Shown: positions 18,619 to 28,094, counted from the first letter of the stretch. The stretch: 32,000 nucleotides of DNA from Promethearchaeia archaeon (GCA_046497275.1 JAWOFX010000111.1:9720-41719); one strand, 5' to 3'. Numbers and translations: made by a program. Notes: generated by a model not told the origin, from the letters alone.

Positions 18619-18966
18619 CTATTTGGGCATATAAAATTTACATACTTCACATTGTTGAACTTTCAGTCTTTGTCCAGGATTAAGGATTATATATTTCTCA
18701 TTCATATTTCCACCACATTTAGGACAGAGCTTAGAAAAGTTTTCCCTGATTGAATTTAAGACCTTTTGAATCCCTTTTTCAAGCTTTAATATTTCCTTCG
18801 CATTTTCAATTATCTGCTTTGCGGAGATATCTCCAATCCCTTTTATCCATGCTAATTCTTCAGGTGTGGATTTGGCTATCTCTTCAATTGAATTTACACC
18901 TGCCTGTTGTAAACGTGATGCTGAAACTGGACCTATTCCCTTTACGCGAATTAATTCATCAGACAT
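18619..18966 (-). CDS. Helix-hairpin-helix DNA-binding protein with C-terminal zinc ribbon
   Basis: Two HhH motifs (VKGIGP, IKGIGD), then CPKCGG...CEVC. Confidence 0.8.
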   Translation of the reverse strand: MSDELIRVKGIGPVSASRLQQAGVNSIEEIAKSTPEELAWIKGIGDISAKQIIENAKEILKLEKGIQKVLNSIRENFSKLCPKCGGNMNEKYIILNPGQRLKVQQCEVCKFYMPK

Positions 18967-19121
18967 AAAGCAAGATTAAATTTATAATTGTTATATAAAA
19001 CCCAAATTTGGATATTCCTTTAATTATACTCTAATATAATTTAAGGATAAAAAATTCCTTATATTTTATAATAAGAAAAATAAAAGAAAAAATTTAGTAT
19101 CTTTTTAGAATTGTTTTTTCT

Positions 19122-19841
19122 TTACTCCAGTTGTCTTCCCACTCCATAATATAGAAGTATTGAGGCAGATATCGTTAAAACCAATCCAATTAAAGCAAAT
19201 AGAGTTCTAACAATTGATTCTGGATCGTTCGTATTATTGAAAAAGAGCAAATATATGAAAATATATAATATGATACATCCAGCGAGAAAATATCTCCATC
19301 TTTGCTTAAGTCTTTCATCTCCAAATTGCGTATAGATTTTCCAAGAATAGTAAAGGGTAGGTATGGTCGAAAATATACTAAAGATCGCATTTACATAAAT
19401 ATAAAATGGCCATCCCCATCGAGGTGCTCCATCAATGGTAATTTCAACACCTATGTTTGGAATAAAAGCAATAAAAATCATTAAGAACAAGAGAATTCCA
19501 TAACTTACCAGTATTATTAGTTGTTTAGTAGGAGTAATTGCTTTTTCCGATTTTAAGAGTATTAAAATAAAGATAAGCAAGAAAATTGGAGCATAAAATG
19601 AAAACCAATTCGTAATAAAATTTAATACCCTCACAATTGATGGGTCTGCTATAGGAGCATAGATAAAATTTATAAAGAGTCCAATAGCCTCACAAATATA
19701 AAATGCACTGAATATATAGTTTAGCTTTTTATTCTCTCGCTTTATAATTCTATACGCCAAATACAGGAAGAATATAAACAGTGATCCTTGAACAAAGTAT
19801 ACGGTAATAATCCTAGTTAAAGTTAGAGTAGTTAAAATCAT
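19122..19841 (-). CDS. Stand-alone seven-transmembrane protein (HisKA_7TM-like sensor domain, no kinase)
   Basis: Seven hydrophobic segments counted by eye; paralogous to 19961-20671. Confidence 0.75.
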   Translation of the reverse strand: MILTTLTLTRIITVYFVQGSLFIFFLYLAYRIIKRENKKLNYIFSAFYICEAIGLFINFIYAPIADPSIVRVLNFITNWFSFYAPIFLLIFILILLKSEKAITPTKQLIILVSYGILLFLMIFIAFIPNIGVEITIDGAPRWGWPFYIYVNAIFSIFSTIPTLYYSWKIYTQFGDERLKQRWRYFLAGCIILYIFIYLLFFNNTNDPESIVRTLFALIGLVLTISASILLYYGVGRQLE

Positions 19842-19960
19842 ATATTTAAAACCTAATTAAATTTCATTTTATAATAATATGCAACCTTTTTCTTATTAAA
19901 ATTTGTGCCAAATTTTGAAAATGGATTAGAATTTTTTACTATTTATTCTCTTCTGAAAAA

Positions 19961-20671
19961 TTAATTAAGTGACTTTCCAATGGAAATATAAATAAGATAA
20001 ACAAAAGGTAGAGAAAGAATGGATGCATACGACCAAATCTGCCTTATTAAGGGATTATTTAAGACAAGGTTGATGCAATTACCATAGAATAAGAAAAAAT
20101 ACCCTAAAATCCCCACTAGGAAATATTTCCATTTCTTTTTTAAAATTGTATCTGAAAATTGTTGATACATTTTAAAAGAATAGTATAATGTGGGTAAGAT
20201 TGCTGTATTTCCTATTATTAATACAAAAATAAAGAACTCCAAACTCCATATAGGTTTCCAATTATTAGTTTCATTTATAATTACTCCATTTGGTATAAAA
20301 CAAATTAATACTACGGAAATGAAATATATTATAAATATAATTATAATAACACGTAAACTAACTATTTTTTCTGATTTTGTTAGAGTAAAAATGAAGAGGA
20401 ATAAGAAAATTAAAGATAGTGATAGAAAGGAAATCGTTATATAATACAAAATAATAACCACACTTTCTATATATATTAAGGTATATATAACATTAAAAAT
20501 AACACCCAATCCACTATTAATATAAAAGCCTCCTAATAGGTAACTTAACCGAGTTGGGTTTCTTCTAAGTATTTTTAGTGTCATGAATAAATAAGATATC
20601 GCATATCCTCCATATACAATATAAACTAAAATGATTCGCGCTAGATCTAATGCAAGATGGATTTGATACAA
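19961..20671 (-). CDS. Stand-alone seven-transmembrane protein, paralogue of the adjacent gene
   Basis: TTG start with GGGGT SD about 9 nt upstream; seven TMs; shares KSEK and PTLYYS.K.Y.QF.D..LK..W.YFL.G with the neighbour. Confidence 0.75.
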   Translation of the reverse strand: MYQIHLALDLARIILVYIVYGGYAISYLFMTLKILRRNPTRLSYLLGGFYINSGLGVIFNVIYTLIYIESVVIILYYITISFLSLSLIFLFLFIFTLTKSEKIVSLRVIIIIFIIYFISVVLICFIPNGVIINETNNWKPIWSLEFFIFVLIIGNTAILPTLYYSFKMYQQFSDTILKKKWKYFLVGILGYFFLFYGNCINLVLNNPLIRQIWSYASILSLPFVYLIYISIGKSLN

Positions 20672-21032
20672 ATTATTTTTACCCCATTAATGTAATATGC
20701 TCTTTCTTTTAATCTTTCAGTGGTTCTATTAGTATTTTTATTATCTTTTAAAGTTGCTGGTTTTCTCTTTCCTATAACAATTATATGTAGATGCTAATAA
20801 AGATTACTTCTTAGCTTAAAATATATACCCCTTAAGTATTTTCCTACTAATGTTTATTGTAAAAACTTACCATATATATATTTTTACATCAGTGAAAAAA
20901 AGTTCTTTTTACTTTAAAATAGTTTTTTATCAAAATGTGAATTTTTTTAAAGCAAGCGTATCAGCTAAAACAAATGCATTAAAAAATATGAAATGATTTA
21001 TCTAAATACAAATATCTTAATTTTTTCTAACT

Positions 21033-22262
21033 ATGACGGAGTCAACTGATTCAAAATCAACTGATCAAGAAGAACAATTCAGACAGAAAATACTTAAGAA
21101 AGTAGAACACAATGTGAATTATTGCTATAATTGTAATCGCTGTGTGAATGTGTGTCCCTTGGCTAAGTTAAATATATTCTCCCCTCGTAGGTTGATTAAT
21201 GATCTTGCGTTTTTATCTTTAAAACAAGCTTTAGAGAATAATAATATTTGGCGATGCCTAACCTGTGGTCAGTGTAGCGAATATTGTCCAATGACTACAG
21301 CAAAAGAGGGAGTAAATATTCCAGAATTAATTATAGAATTGAGAAAAATCGCTAAAGATTTAGATTATGAAACAGAAAAAATTGAACAATGCGAAACACA
21401 TGAAGGTATATTCCCTCTCATTGCAAGAATTCAAGCAAATAATCCCGATCCGCCTGATAAACTTAGTTTCCTTGAAGGAACAGGATTAAAAACATCAAAA
21501 TCGGGTGAAATCGCATATTTTGTTGGATGCCTTCCAATTATAGAAGATGTGATATATCGATTTCCGTTGAACTACACCAACAGCGCAAAATCAATAATTG
21601 GATTGCTTAATGAAGCAAACATTACCCCTGTTGTGTTAAATGAGAAATGCTGCGGTCATGATCTATTATGGGGTCAAGCTGATGAAGAGAATTATAAAAA
21701 ATTAGCTGAATATAATGTAAATTTATATAAAAATGCTGGAGTAAAAACCATTATTTTTGGATGTGCCGAAGGCTATAAAACGTGGAAATATGATTATCCC
21801 AAATATATAGACAATATGGATTTTGAAATTCTTCATTTTACTGAATTTCTTCTTAATAAAGACATTTTTGAGCACCTTCGATTTCCTCATGAATTAAATA
21901 TTAAGGTTACTTATCATGATGCTTGCAGATTAGGGCGTCTTGGAGCAAAATTATATGATCCACCTCGAGAAATAATTAAAAAGATACCCGGAGTCAAATT
22001 AGTAGAAATGGAAAATATCAGAGAGGATGCAAATTGCTGTGGAGTGTCTGCTTTTTCTGGATGTAATGAATTTACTCGAATACTCAGAAAAAATCGAATT
22101 GAAGAAGCTGTTAATACTGGCGCAGACTATTTACTTGTATCATGCCCAAAATGTTTAACGCATTTTAATTGTTATCTTAATGAGCCTTTATTAGAAGATA
22201 AGCCAGAAATCAGAATAATGGATTTAGCTAGCTTTATCGGTGAAGTTCTTTTTTTGTTTTGA
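21033..22262 (+). CDS. HdrD-like Fe-S oxidoreductase (4Fe-4S dicluster plus two CCG domains)
   Basis: CYNCNRCVNVCP and CLTCGQCSEYCP; CCG domains YFVGC..KCCG..GCAEG and YHDAC..NCCG..SCPKC. Confidence 0.9.
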   Translation: MTESTDSKSTDQEEQFRQKILKKVEHNVNYCYNCNRCVNVCPLAKLNIFSPRRLINDLAFLSLKQALENNNIWRCLTCGQCSEYCPMTTAKEGVNIPELIIELRKIAKDLDYETEKIEQCETHEGIFPLIARIQANNPDPPDKLSFLEGTGLKTSKSGEIAYFVGCLPIIEDVIYRFPLNYTNSAKSIIGLLNEANITPVVLNEKCCGHDLLWGQADEENYKKLAEYNVNLYKNAGVKTIIFGCAEGYKTWKYDYPKYIDNMDFEILHFTEFLLNKDIFEHLRFPHELNIKVTYHDACRLGRLGAKLYDPPREIIKKIPGVKLVEMENIREDANCCGVSAFSGCNEFTRILRKNRIEEAVNTGADYLLVSCPKCLTHFNCYLNEPLLEDKPEIRIMDLASFIGEVLFLF

Positions 22263-22434
22263 AAATGAAAAATTAAGTAACTCAACTTGCAATTCTTTCT
22301 AACGATTTTAATATCAATTCCAATTTAATTCAAAAATCATGACTAATCTGTAAATATAAAATCTGAATAAATAAAGTACATATTTTATCTTTAATTATCG
22401 AAGTCAATCATAAAATTAAAATCAGTGGAAATCT

Positions 22435-23736
22435 GTGGTTAATATTTTTTTCAGAAGTAAAGGATCTAAACATCTTACCCATGATTTTAACTCAATGATC
22501 CAGATAGTTATTTTAAATAGTGTTGGATTTTATTTTCTGGAATTTCTAGTTCAATATTTCACTAGCCAGCAGCTGAGTGCTTCAGGCTTTCAGATCGGAT
22601 TGATTTATTCGATTTTAGTAGTGGGTCATATTTTCAGTTCTACGTTTGTTGGTTGGATAACTGATAAAACAAAATCTAAAACTACTCTAATTGTAATTGG
22701 GTCTTTTGGACGCGGTATTTCATATTTTATTATTTATTTTTCAATAGTGTATAGTAATTTAGTATCCATAGCAACTGGCATGTTTACATTAGGGTTTTTT
22801 GCTGGATTTTTCTGGATTCCTTTTGATACTTTGATCGCTGAAAAATCAGATAAAAATGCACGTTCATACGCATATGGAAAGAGAGATTACTCAATAGGAA
22901 TTGGCATTTTAGTAGGATCTGTCATAGGATTTAGTATTTTTGGTATTTTGAACTTTCTTATCCCTAACAACTGGTATCTTGTATATATAGGTATTCCAAT
23001 TTTCGGATTCTCTAATTTTATAGCTGGGATTCAATTTGTCCGCAAAGTGGATGAAACTGTAAAATATTCAGATGAATTTGTTGAAATTGAGAATGAAAAA
23101 GTCCAGAAAAATCCAAGTAATGTAAAAATTTATTTCTATGTTGGGTTAATCTTTCTTTTAATAGCATTAACTTTTAGCAATATAAATGGATCTCTAGCTA
23201 AGCCATTCTTGAATATTTATTTATTAGAGCATATTGAAAGCAATCCGATTTTGGCAGTAATCGGATTCCTTCCAGGGTACATAATTTCATTACTAATTGC
23301 CCCAAAACTAGGAAATTACATTGATAAAATCAATCCTGCTGTGGGAATTATAGTTTCGAGTTCATTAGGGGCATTATTTACATTTTTGCTTATAAGTACT
23401 AAAAATCTTTACATTTTTGCTGTTCTATTAATCTTTGATTACACGATCGTTAATTCAGCTAACTTAGTTTTAAATAATTTTTTAAGTAGAATTTCCTTGA
23501 AACATCGTGGGAAAATTCTAAGCTTAAATTCAATGTGTAAAAATTTAGGAAATTTTACTGGACCTATAATTGGTGGGTTAGTTTGGGATTATATTAATAT
23601 TTTTGCCCCCTTCATAATTTCCATTTTTGTGGAATTAGCGTTGATCCCTATCTATTTAATAGCAATTTTCTATCTAAAACCTCATTTAACTGAAACTTAT
23701 GAAGAAGTTAAAGAAACTATAGTAGAAAATGTATAA
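22435..23736 (+). CDS. MFS transporter
   Basis: About 12 TMs; motif A-like GWITDKTKSK and GNYIDKI; start codon uncertain. Confidence 0.88.
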   Translation: MVNIFFRSKGSKHLTHDFNSMIQIVILNSVGFYFLEFLVQYFTSQQLSASGFQIGLIYSILVVGHIFSSTFVGWITDKTKSKTTLIVIGSFGRGISYFIIYFSIVYSNLVSIATGMFTLGFFAGFFWIPFDTLIAEKSDKNARSYAYGKRDYSIGIGILVGSVIGFSIFGILNFLIPNNWYLVYIGIPIFGFSNFIAGIQFVRKVDETVKYSDEFVEIENEKVQKNPSNVKIYFYVGLIFLLIALTFSNINGSLAKPFLNIYLLEHIESNPILAVIGFLPGYIISLLIAPKLGNYIDKINPAVGIIVSSSLGALFTFLLISTKNLYIFAVLLIFDYTIVNSANLVLNNFLSRISLKHRGKILSLNSMCKNLGNFTGPIIGGLVWDYINIFAPFIISIFVELALIPIYLIAIFYLKPHLTETYEEVKETIVENV

Positions 23737-23811
23737 TTTTAATTGAGTTACGCTTTATAAACCTAATAAAAAAATAGTAATAAAAAAGAATAGGTAATAG
23801 TTCCAAACTCT

Positions 23812-24003
23812 TTATTTCTCACGCCATTCAGTCCCACATTTTCCACATTTATATTTTCGACCATAAACGCGTGGATAATCCATAATTATATTATTTTTAT
23901 CCGTGCTTTCATGAATCATATTAGGATTTTCCTCGCCGCATTGAGGACAAACCCTTCTTCCCTCGGTTTTTTCGATTGTTAATATGTCATCGCGTTCTCC
24001 CAT
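23812..24003 (-). CDS. Small zinc-ribbon protein (63 aa)
   Basis: CPQCG ... CGKCG.EW; clean ATG start and charged composition unlike a random AT-rich ORF. Confidence 0.8.
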   Translation of the reverse strand: MGERDDILTIEKTEGRRVCPQCGEENPNMIHESTDKNNIIMDYPRVYGRKYKCGKCGTEWREK

Positions 24004-24190
24004 ATAGAATATTCATCTCTTTTTATTTTATTGATATTTTAAAATTAGTTCATTTGTATAATAAATCTTTTGATTTAATTTAAAATAATTCTATAAGATT
24101 TTGTAATAAGATTTCATTATTTTAAATTTATCTCCTTTATTAACTGAAAACACTTAATTATATCTAATTCGCTTTCAATTTAATGAAGAA

Positions 24191-24811
24191 TCAATATATT
24201 TCCAAATAAGGTTTTTCTTCTTCACTAAGTTTTTTTCCATAAGCTTTTGCTCTTTCAAAAAGTTCAGGGCTTGAATATTTGAATTGAAATTCGAAGTCAC
24301 TCAATATACGTTTAAATAAATGCGATAATTCTGGATAACTTTTGTCTAATAAAAAACAATAAAGCATATCGAGTTTTTTACTTACTGAAATAAGAGAATC
24401 ATTGAATTTATTTTGAATATCCTTCTCAACTGAAGTATAATGCACTAATATATACATAGTGTCTTTTTTTGAAAATTCCCTAATTTTTTCATATTGGTGC
24501 TGTAATTTTTCTAGAGGATTGTTGTCAGCTAGATCAACTGTAAGAAAGATAATATCGAAATAATCCGTATAAATTAATTCCTGTAAGATCGATTCAGCCT
24601 TTTTAAAAAATGTTATTTCTAAATTGAATGGTAGATCATGGAATAGTACCAAGCAATTCCATTTATCTTGAGAAATTAAATTCTTTTGTAGATTGTGCCG
24701 ATTTTTTAAGTTTGTGACTACATAATCTCCTATAATATGTTTACTAAATTCTTTTAATCCTATTATTGCGCAATGTAAATTATATGATATTTTTTTCAAG
24801 ATTAATTCCAA
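24191..24811 (-). CDS. Hypothetical protein resembling a degenerate Ras-like small GTPase fold
   Basis: YNLHCAIIG (beta1), FDIIFLTVDL.D.NPLEKL (beta4/alpha3) and MYILV (beta5) follow Ras/Rab order, but G1, G3 and G4 motifs are absent. Confidence 0.5.
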   Translation of the reverse strand: MELILKKISYNLHCAIIGLKEFSKHIIGDYVVTNLKNRHNLQKNLISQDKWNCLVLFHDLPFNLEITFFKKAESILQELIYTDYFDIIFLTVDLADNNPLEKLQHQYEKIREFSKKDTMYILVHYTSVEKDIQNKFNDSLISVSKKLDMLYCFLLDKSYPELSHLFKRILSDFEFQFKYSSPELFERAKAYGKKLSEEEKPYLEIY

Positions 24812-24895
24812 AATAAATTATTTTAGTTTTAATTAAATAAATTAATGCAAATTTACTTTAAAACTTCCATAAATAGTTATTTCTGATATCCGATT

Positions 24896-25819
24896 ATGAA
24901 AAGAATATATCTTCAATTAACACTAATGATTTTAATTTGGGGGTTTTCTTTCATAATGGTCGATATAGGAGTTGATTATATCACTCCTTTATCATTAGCT
25001 TTATACAGATTTATAATATCCTCAATTGCCTTTATATTTATTCGTGTTTTTAATTATCTCAAATCTCCTAAGGAGAGTTTGGGAAAGGATTTAATAATGA
25101 ATCAAAAAATTTCAGTGCCTGATTGGATTTTTTTAATAATTGCAAGTTTCTCTGGTGTTTCTTTATTTTTCTTCACCCAATATTCCTCCATTCAGATAAT
25201 TGGGCCATCTTTACCCGCATTATTCGTATGTCTTTTAGCTCCTGTTATAATCACTACTTTAGCATTAATTTTTTTCGATGAGCGATTAAATAAATTAAAA
25301 ATTATCGGCTTCATCATCGCCACCTTTGGAGGGTTTTTATTAGTGACAGGGGGTGATATCAATGTTTTAAATCCTGAAACCGCTACTTTCTTCGGATACT
25401 TTTATGCCATATTAACACCCTTTTTATGGGCATTCTATTCTATAATTTCCAAGCAGCTTACCAAGAAATTAGAAACGATGAAATTTTTAGAGATAATTAC
25501 TTATTTGGGTACTTTCGAATTATTTCTTATTGTTTTATTTACAAACCAATTTCCGATATTATTCATGAATCTTTTTCGCATTGAATTATTTTTAAGTGTT
25601 CTCTATTTAGGATTATTTTGTCATATTATCGGATATTTTATCTGGACTGATTCTCAACATAAAATTAATTCCTCTAAAGCTGCTTCCTTTTTATATATTG
25701 AACCCTTTGTTACTCTATTATTTTCTTTTTTATTACAGAGAGAGGAGACAATATTAATTTTAAATATTTTAGGAGGAATAATTGTCCTAATCGCAGTTCT
25801 AATAATAAATTATGAATAA
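24896..25819 (+). CDS. DMT/EamA-family transporter
   Basis: IWGFSF, LALYRF, FFDERL..LKIIG and second repeat with F.YIEP; 10 TMs. Confidence 0.92.
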   Translation: MKRIYLQLTLMILIWGFSFIMVDIGVDYITPLSLALYRFIISSIAFIFIRVFNYLKSPKESLGKDLIMNQKISVPDWIFLIIASFSGVSLFFFTQYSSIQIIGPSLPALFVCLLAPVIITTLALIFFDERLNKLKIIGFIIATFGGFLLVTGGDINVLNPETATFFGYFYAILTPFLWAFYSIISKQLTKKLETMKFLEIITYLGTFELFLIVLFTNQFPILFMNLFRIELFLSVLYLGLFCHIIGYFIWTDSQHKINSSKAASFLYIEPFVTLLFSFLLQREETILILNILGGIIVLIAVLIINYE

Positions 25820-26108
25820 AACTAATTTATTAATTAATACTCACTCAAAGGATTTTTTCCTTATTACCTTTATTTCACAATATCCTTTTATTTTAGGGGT
25901 TATAAAAATACTAAATTGAATTTTTACTTTCTTGTCGAATATCTTATAAATGATTTTTGATTATATTACAAATAAGAACTTAGTTGGATATTATTGTTTT
26001 CATCTGTTTCCATAACTAATTACAATTTATTAACATAGAATAAGCATATTTAACCCAAATATATCGCATCAACTATTATTAAAAAGTAATTCTTAATAAA
26101 TTTAAGTT

Positions 26109-26279
26109 ATGATAAAGTATAGAACAGTTAGGATACCAGAAGATCTCGTGGAATCAATACTTAAAATTTTGGAAGAAAAGAAAGAATTAGGATATCGTTC
26201 TCACTCTGAATTTATTATTGATGCTGTAAGACGAAGAGTAGAGGTTTTATTAACCTCTAAAGCAAAAAAATCAAAATAA
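26109..26279 (+). CDS. Ribbon-helix-helix (CopG/Arc/MetJ) DNA-binding protein, 56 aa
   Basis: Hand translation MIKYRTVRIPEDLVESILKILEEKKELGYRSHSEFIIDAVRRRVEVLLTSKAKKSK: beta-strand TVRIP, helix A, GY.S.SEFI..AVR helix B. Below the ORF-track cutoff. Confidence 0.85.
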   Translation: MIKYRTVRIPEDLVESILKILEEKKELGYRSHSEFIIDAVRRRVEVLLTSKAKKSK

Positions 26280-26435
26280 TATTTTTATCTTTAATTATTA
26301 AAAATAATTCTTCAAATTCTTTTTTTCTGAATCCTTTCAAATTTTAGAACTATTTCTCTAAATTTAGGTCATTCAGTGATTATAATATTAAATATAAAAA
26401 AGTATAATTTAGAATAATAACTAATTTTTTAAATT

Positions 26436-28094
26436 ATGACTAATGATTTCGATATCATTGTAATAGGTGCTGGATTTGGGGGACCGGTTGCGGCCAAAAT
26501 TTGTGCTGATGCCGGGCTAGGCACCATGTTAATTGAAAGGGCAGAAAAACCCGGAGAAAAAGTTATATCTGGATTAACTATTCCTTTTTATGGATTTCTA
26601 TTTGGACCGGAATTTATCACAAACGGAAATCCTCCTATTGAAAGACCCGCTGATGGCATTATTAATTATATTATTTTAGATATAGATAAAGGAATTATCG
26701 AGATTGATGATTCGCTTAACATACCAAAACCCCTCTCACCTATCATAGCATTTGGATATAATACATATTGCCAACCATTTTGTGAATGGGAAACTGATAT
26801 GGCTATTAAATCAGGAGTTACTTTCCTTAATGCAACCACGGTCGTAGAAATCATAAAGGAAGATGGAATAGTTAAAGGAGTGGAAACTGACAAGGGAGAA
26901 AAATTTTATTGTAAAATCTTAATCGACGCGGAAGGATCTCAAGGTTTATTGGCTGTTAATGCAGGTGTAAGAGAAAAATACCCCCCAGAGATGATTTCTC
27001 TCGCTGATACTTATGATTATGTGATGCCAAAGAAATTACTTGATAACATCTTTGGTTATTCAGTTAGGTTCTGTTGGGGATGGGACGAGCAGAAAATTGC
27101 CCCTCCACTTGGTTATGGGAATGGATTAATGCTTTGGCCTTATAGAGAGAGTATACATTTCATTCAAGATCAATGTCTTGTTTTAGAAAATAATAAAATT
27201 CCAAATCTCAAGAAAAATTTTCAAACCTTTCATAAAAACATTACTTCAAAATTACCTTTTTGGAAAAATAATGTCGCTCCTTATGCGAACCTTCGAGCAA
27301 AAATGTTTCAGGGATTTGAGATCTTTGTAGGGTTAAAGAAAAATCTCAGAAATATGCCAAATTATACAGGTGGAATGTTATTAATAGGAGATGCCGCAGG
27401 ATTAGAAAGTACAGAGTTATGCGATGGTGTCCCTAGTGCCTGGTTCTCGGCAGAAATCGCTGCTAAAGTTGCTATTTCCGCTATAGAGGCTAATGATTTT
27501 TCAGCTTCATTTTTATCCATTTATGATAAGCAGATTAGAGACCATCCTATCATTCAATGGTCTATATCTGGTAGAAATAGATACGATTTGCGATTCGTTC
27601 AGAAAACTCATAACAAAAAAGAGCTGAAAAAATATATCCATAATGGTTGGGGATTAGGTGCCTTGACACACTTTACAATGCCATTAATTAAAATGGTGGG
27701 AATGTCACTGAGAGAGCAACCTTATATTATTAAGAGATGGATTAAAATGTATTTCCGCTATTTCCAAAATTATATTTATAATAACTATGGAACGAAAATA
27801 TCTAAATATCGATACAATCAAATCCGTAAGAATAGAAATGCTAAAAATGAAATATTATTTAGAAGCTTTCTTCATTTCATAGATATTATAATTGAAATTT
27901 CTGTGAAACTTTATAAGATGTTAAAAAGAGTCATTCCGTCAGCAGAATTTGTTAACCCATTCATCAAAAGAATCCTACCTAAATTTGAACCCCTATTTAT
28001 GAAAATTATTAACTTTTTGGAACCCTTTTTGAATTTACTAAGTCATAAACTAATAAAATTTACCCGATATGCAAATCCTAATTTATTTACCTAA
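26436..28094 (+). CDS. FAD-dependent oxidoreductase, FixC / geranylgeranyl-reductase family, with long C-terminal extension
   Basis: DIIVIGAGFGG dinucleotide motif, IER...PGEK..SG, IDAEG, LLIGDAAG. Confidence 0.88.
   Translation: MTNDFDIIVIGAGFGGPVAAKICADAGLGTMLIERAEKPGEKVISGLTIPFYGFLFGPEFITNGNPPIERPADGIINYIILDIDKGIIEIDDSLNIPKPLSPIIAFGYNTYCQPFCEWETDMAIKSGVTFLNATTVVEIIKEDGIVKGVETDKGEKFYCKILIDAEGSQGLLAVNAGVREKYPPEMISLADTYDYVMPKKLLDNIFGYSVRFCWGWDEQKIAPPLGYGNGLMLWPYRESIHFIQDQCLVLENNKIPNLKKNFQTFHKNITSKLPFWKNNVAPYANLRAKMFQGFEIFVGLKKNLRNMPNYTGGMLLIGDAAGLESTELCDGVPSAWFSAEIAAKVAISAIEANDFSASFLSIYDKQIRDHPIIQWSISGRNRYDLRFVQKTHNKKELKKYIHNGWGLGALTHFTMPLIKMVGMSLREQPYIIKRWIKMYFRYFQNYIYNNYGTKISKYRYNQIRKNRNAKNEILFRSFLHFIDIIIEISVKLYKMLKRVIPSAEFVNPFIKRILPKFEPLFMKIINFLEPFLNLLSHKLIKFTRYANPNLFT
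27954..28052 (+). repeat. Three imperfect 11-aa repeats in the flavoprotein tail (NPFIKRILPKF / EPLFMKIINFL / EPFLNLLSHKL)
   Basis: (N/E)P dipeptides start at 27954, 27987 and 28020, exactly 33 nt apart; hydrophobic and basic residues alternate. Confidence 0.55.

Noticed and set aside
16760-20444. Short opposite-strand track ORFs (16760-16972, 18321-18515, 18750-18968, 19190-19390, 19302-19484, 20190-20444)
   Set aside because: All lie antisense within stronger genes.
19122-20671. Microbial rhodopsin or heliorhodopsin identity for the 7TM pair
   Set aside because: No retinal-binding lysine in helix 7 and no DxxxK or SxxxK motif.
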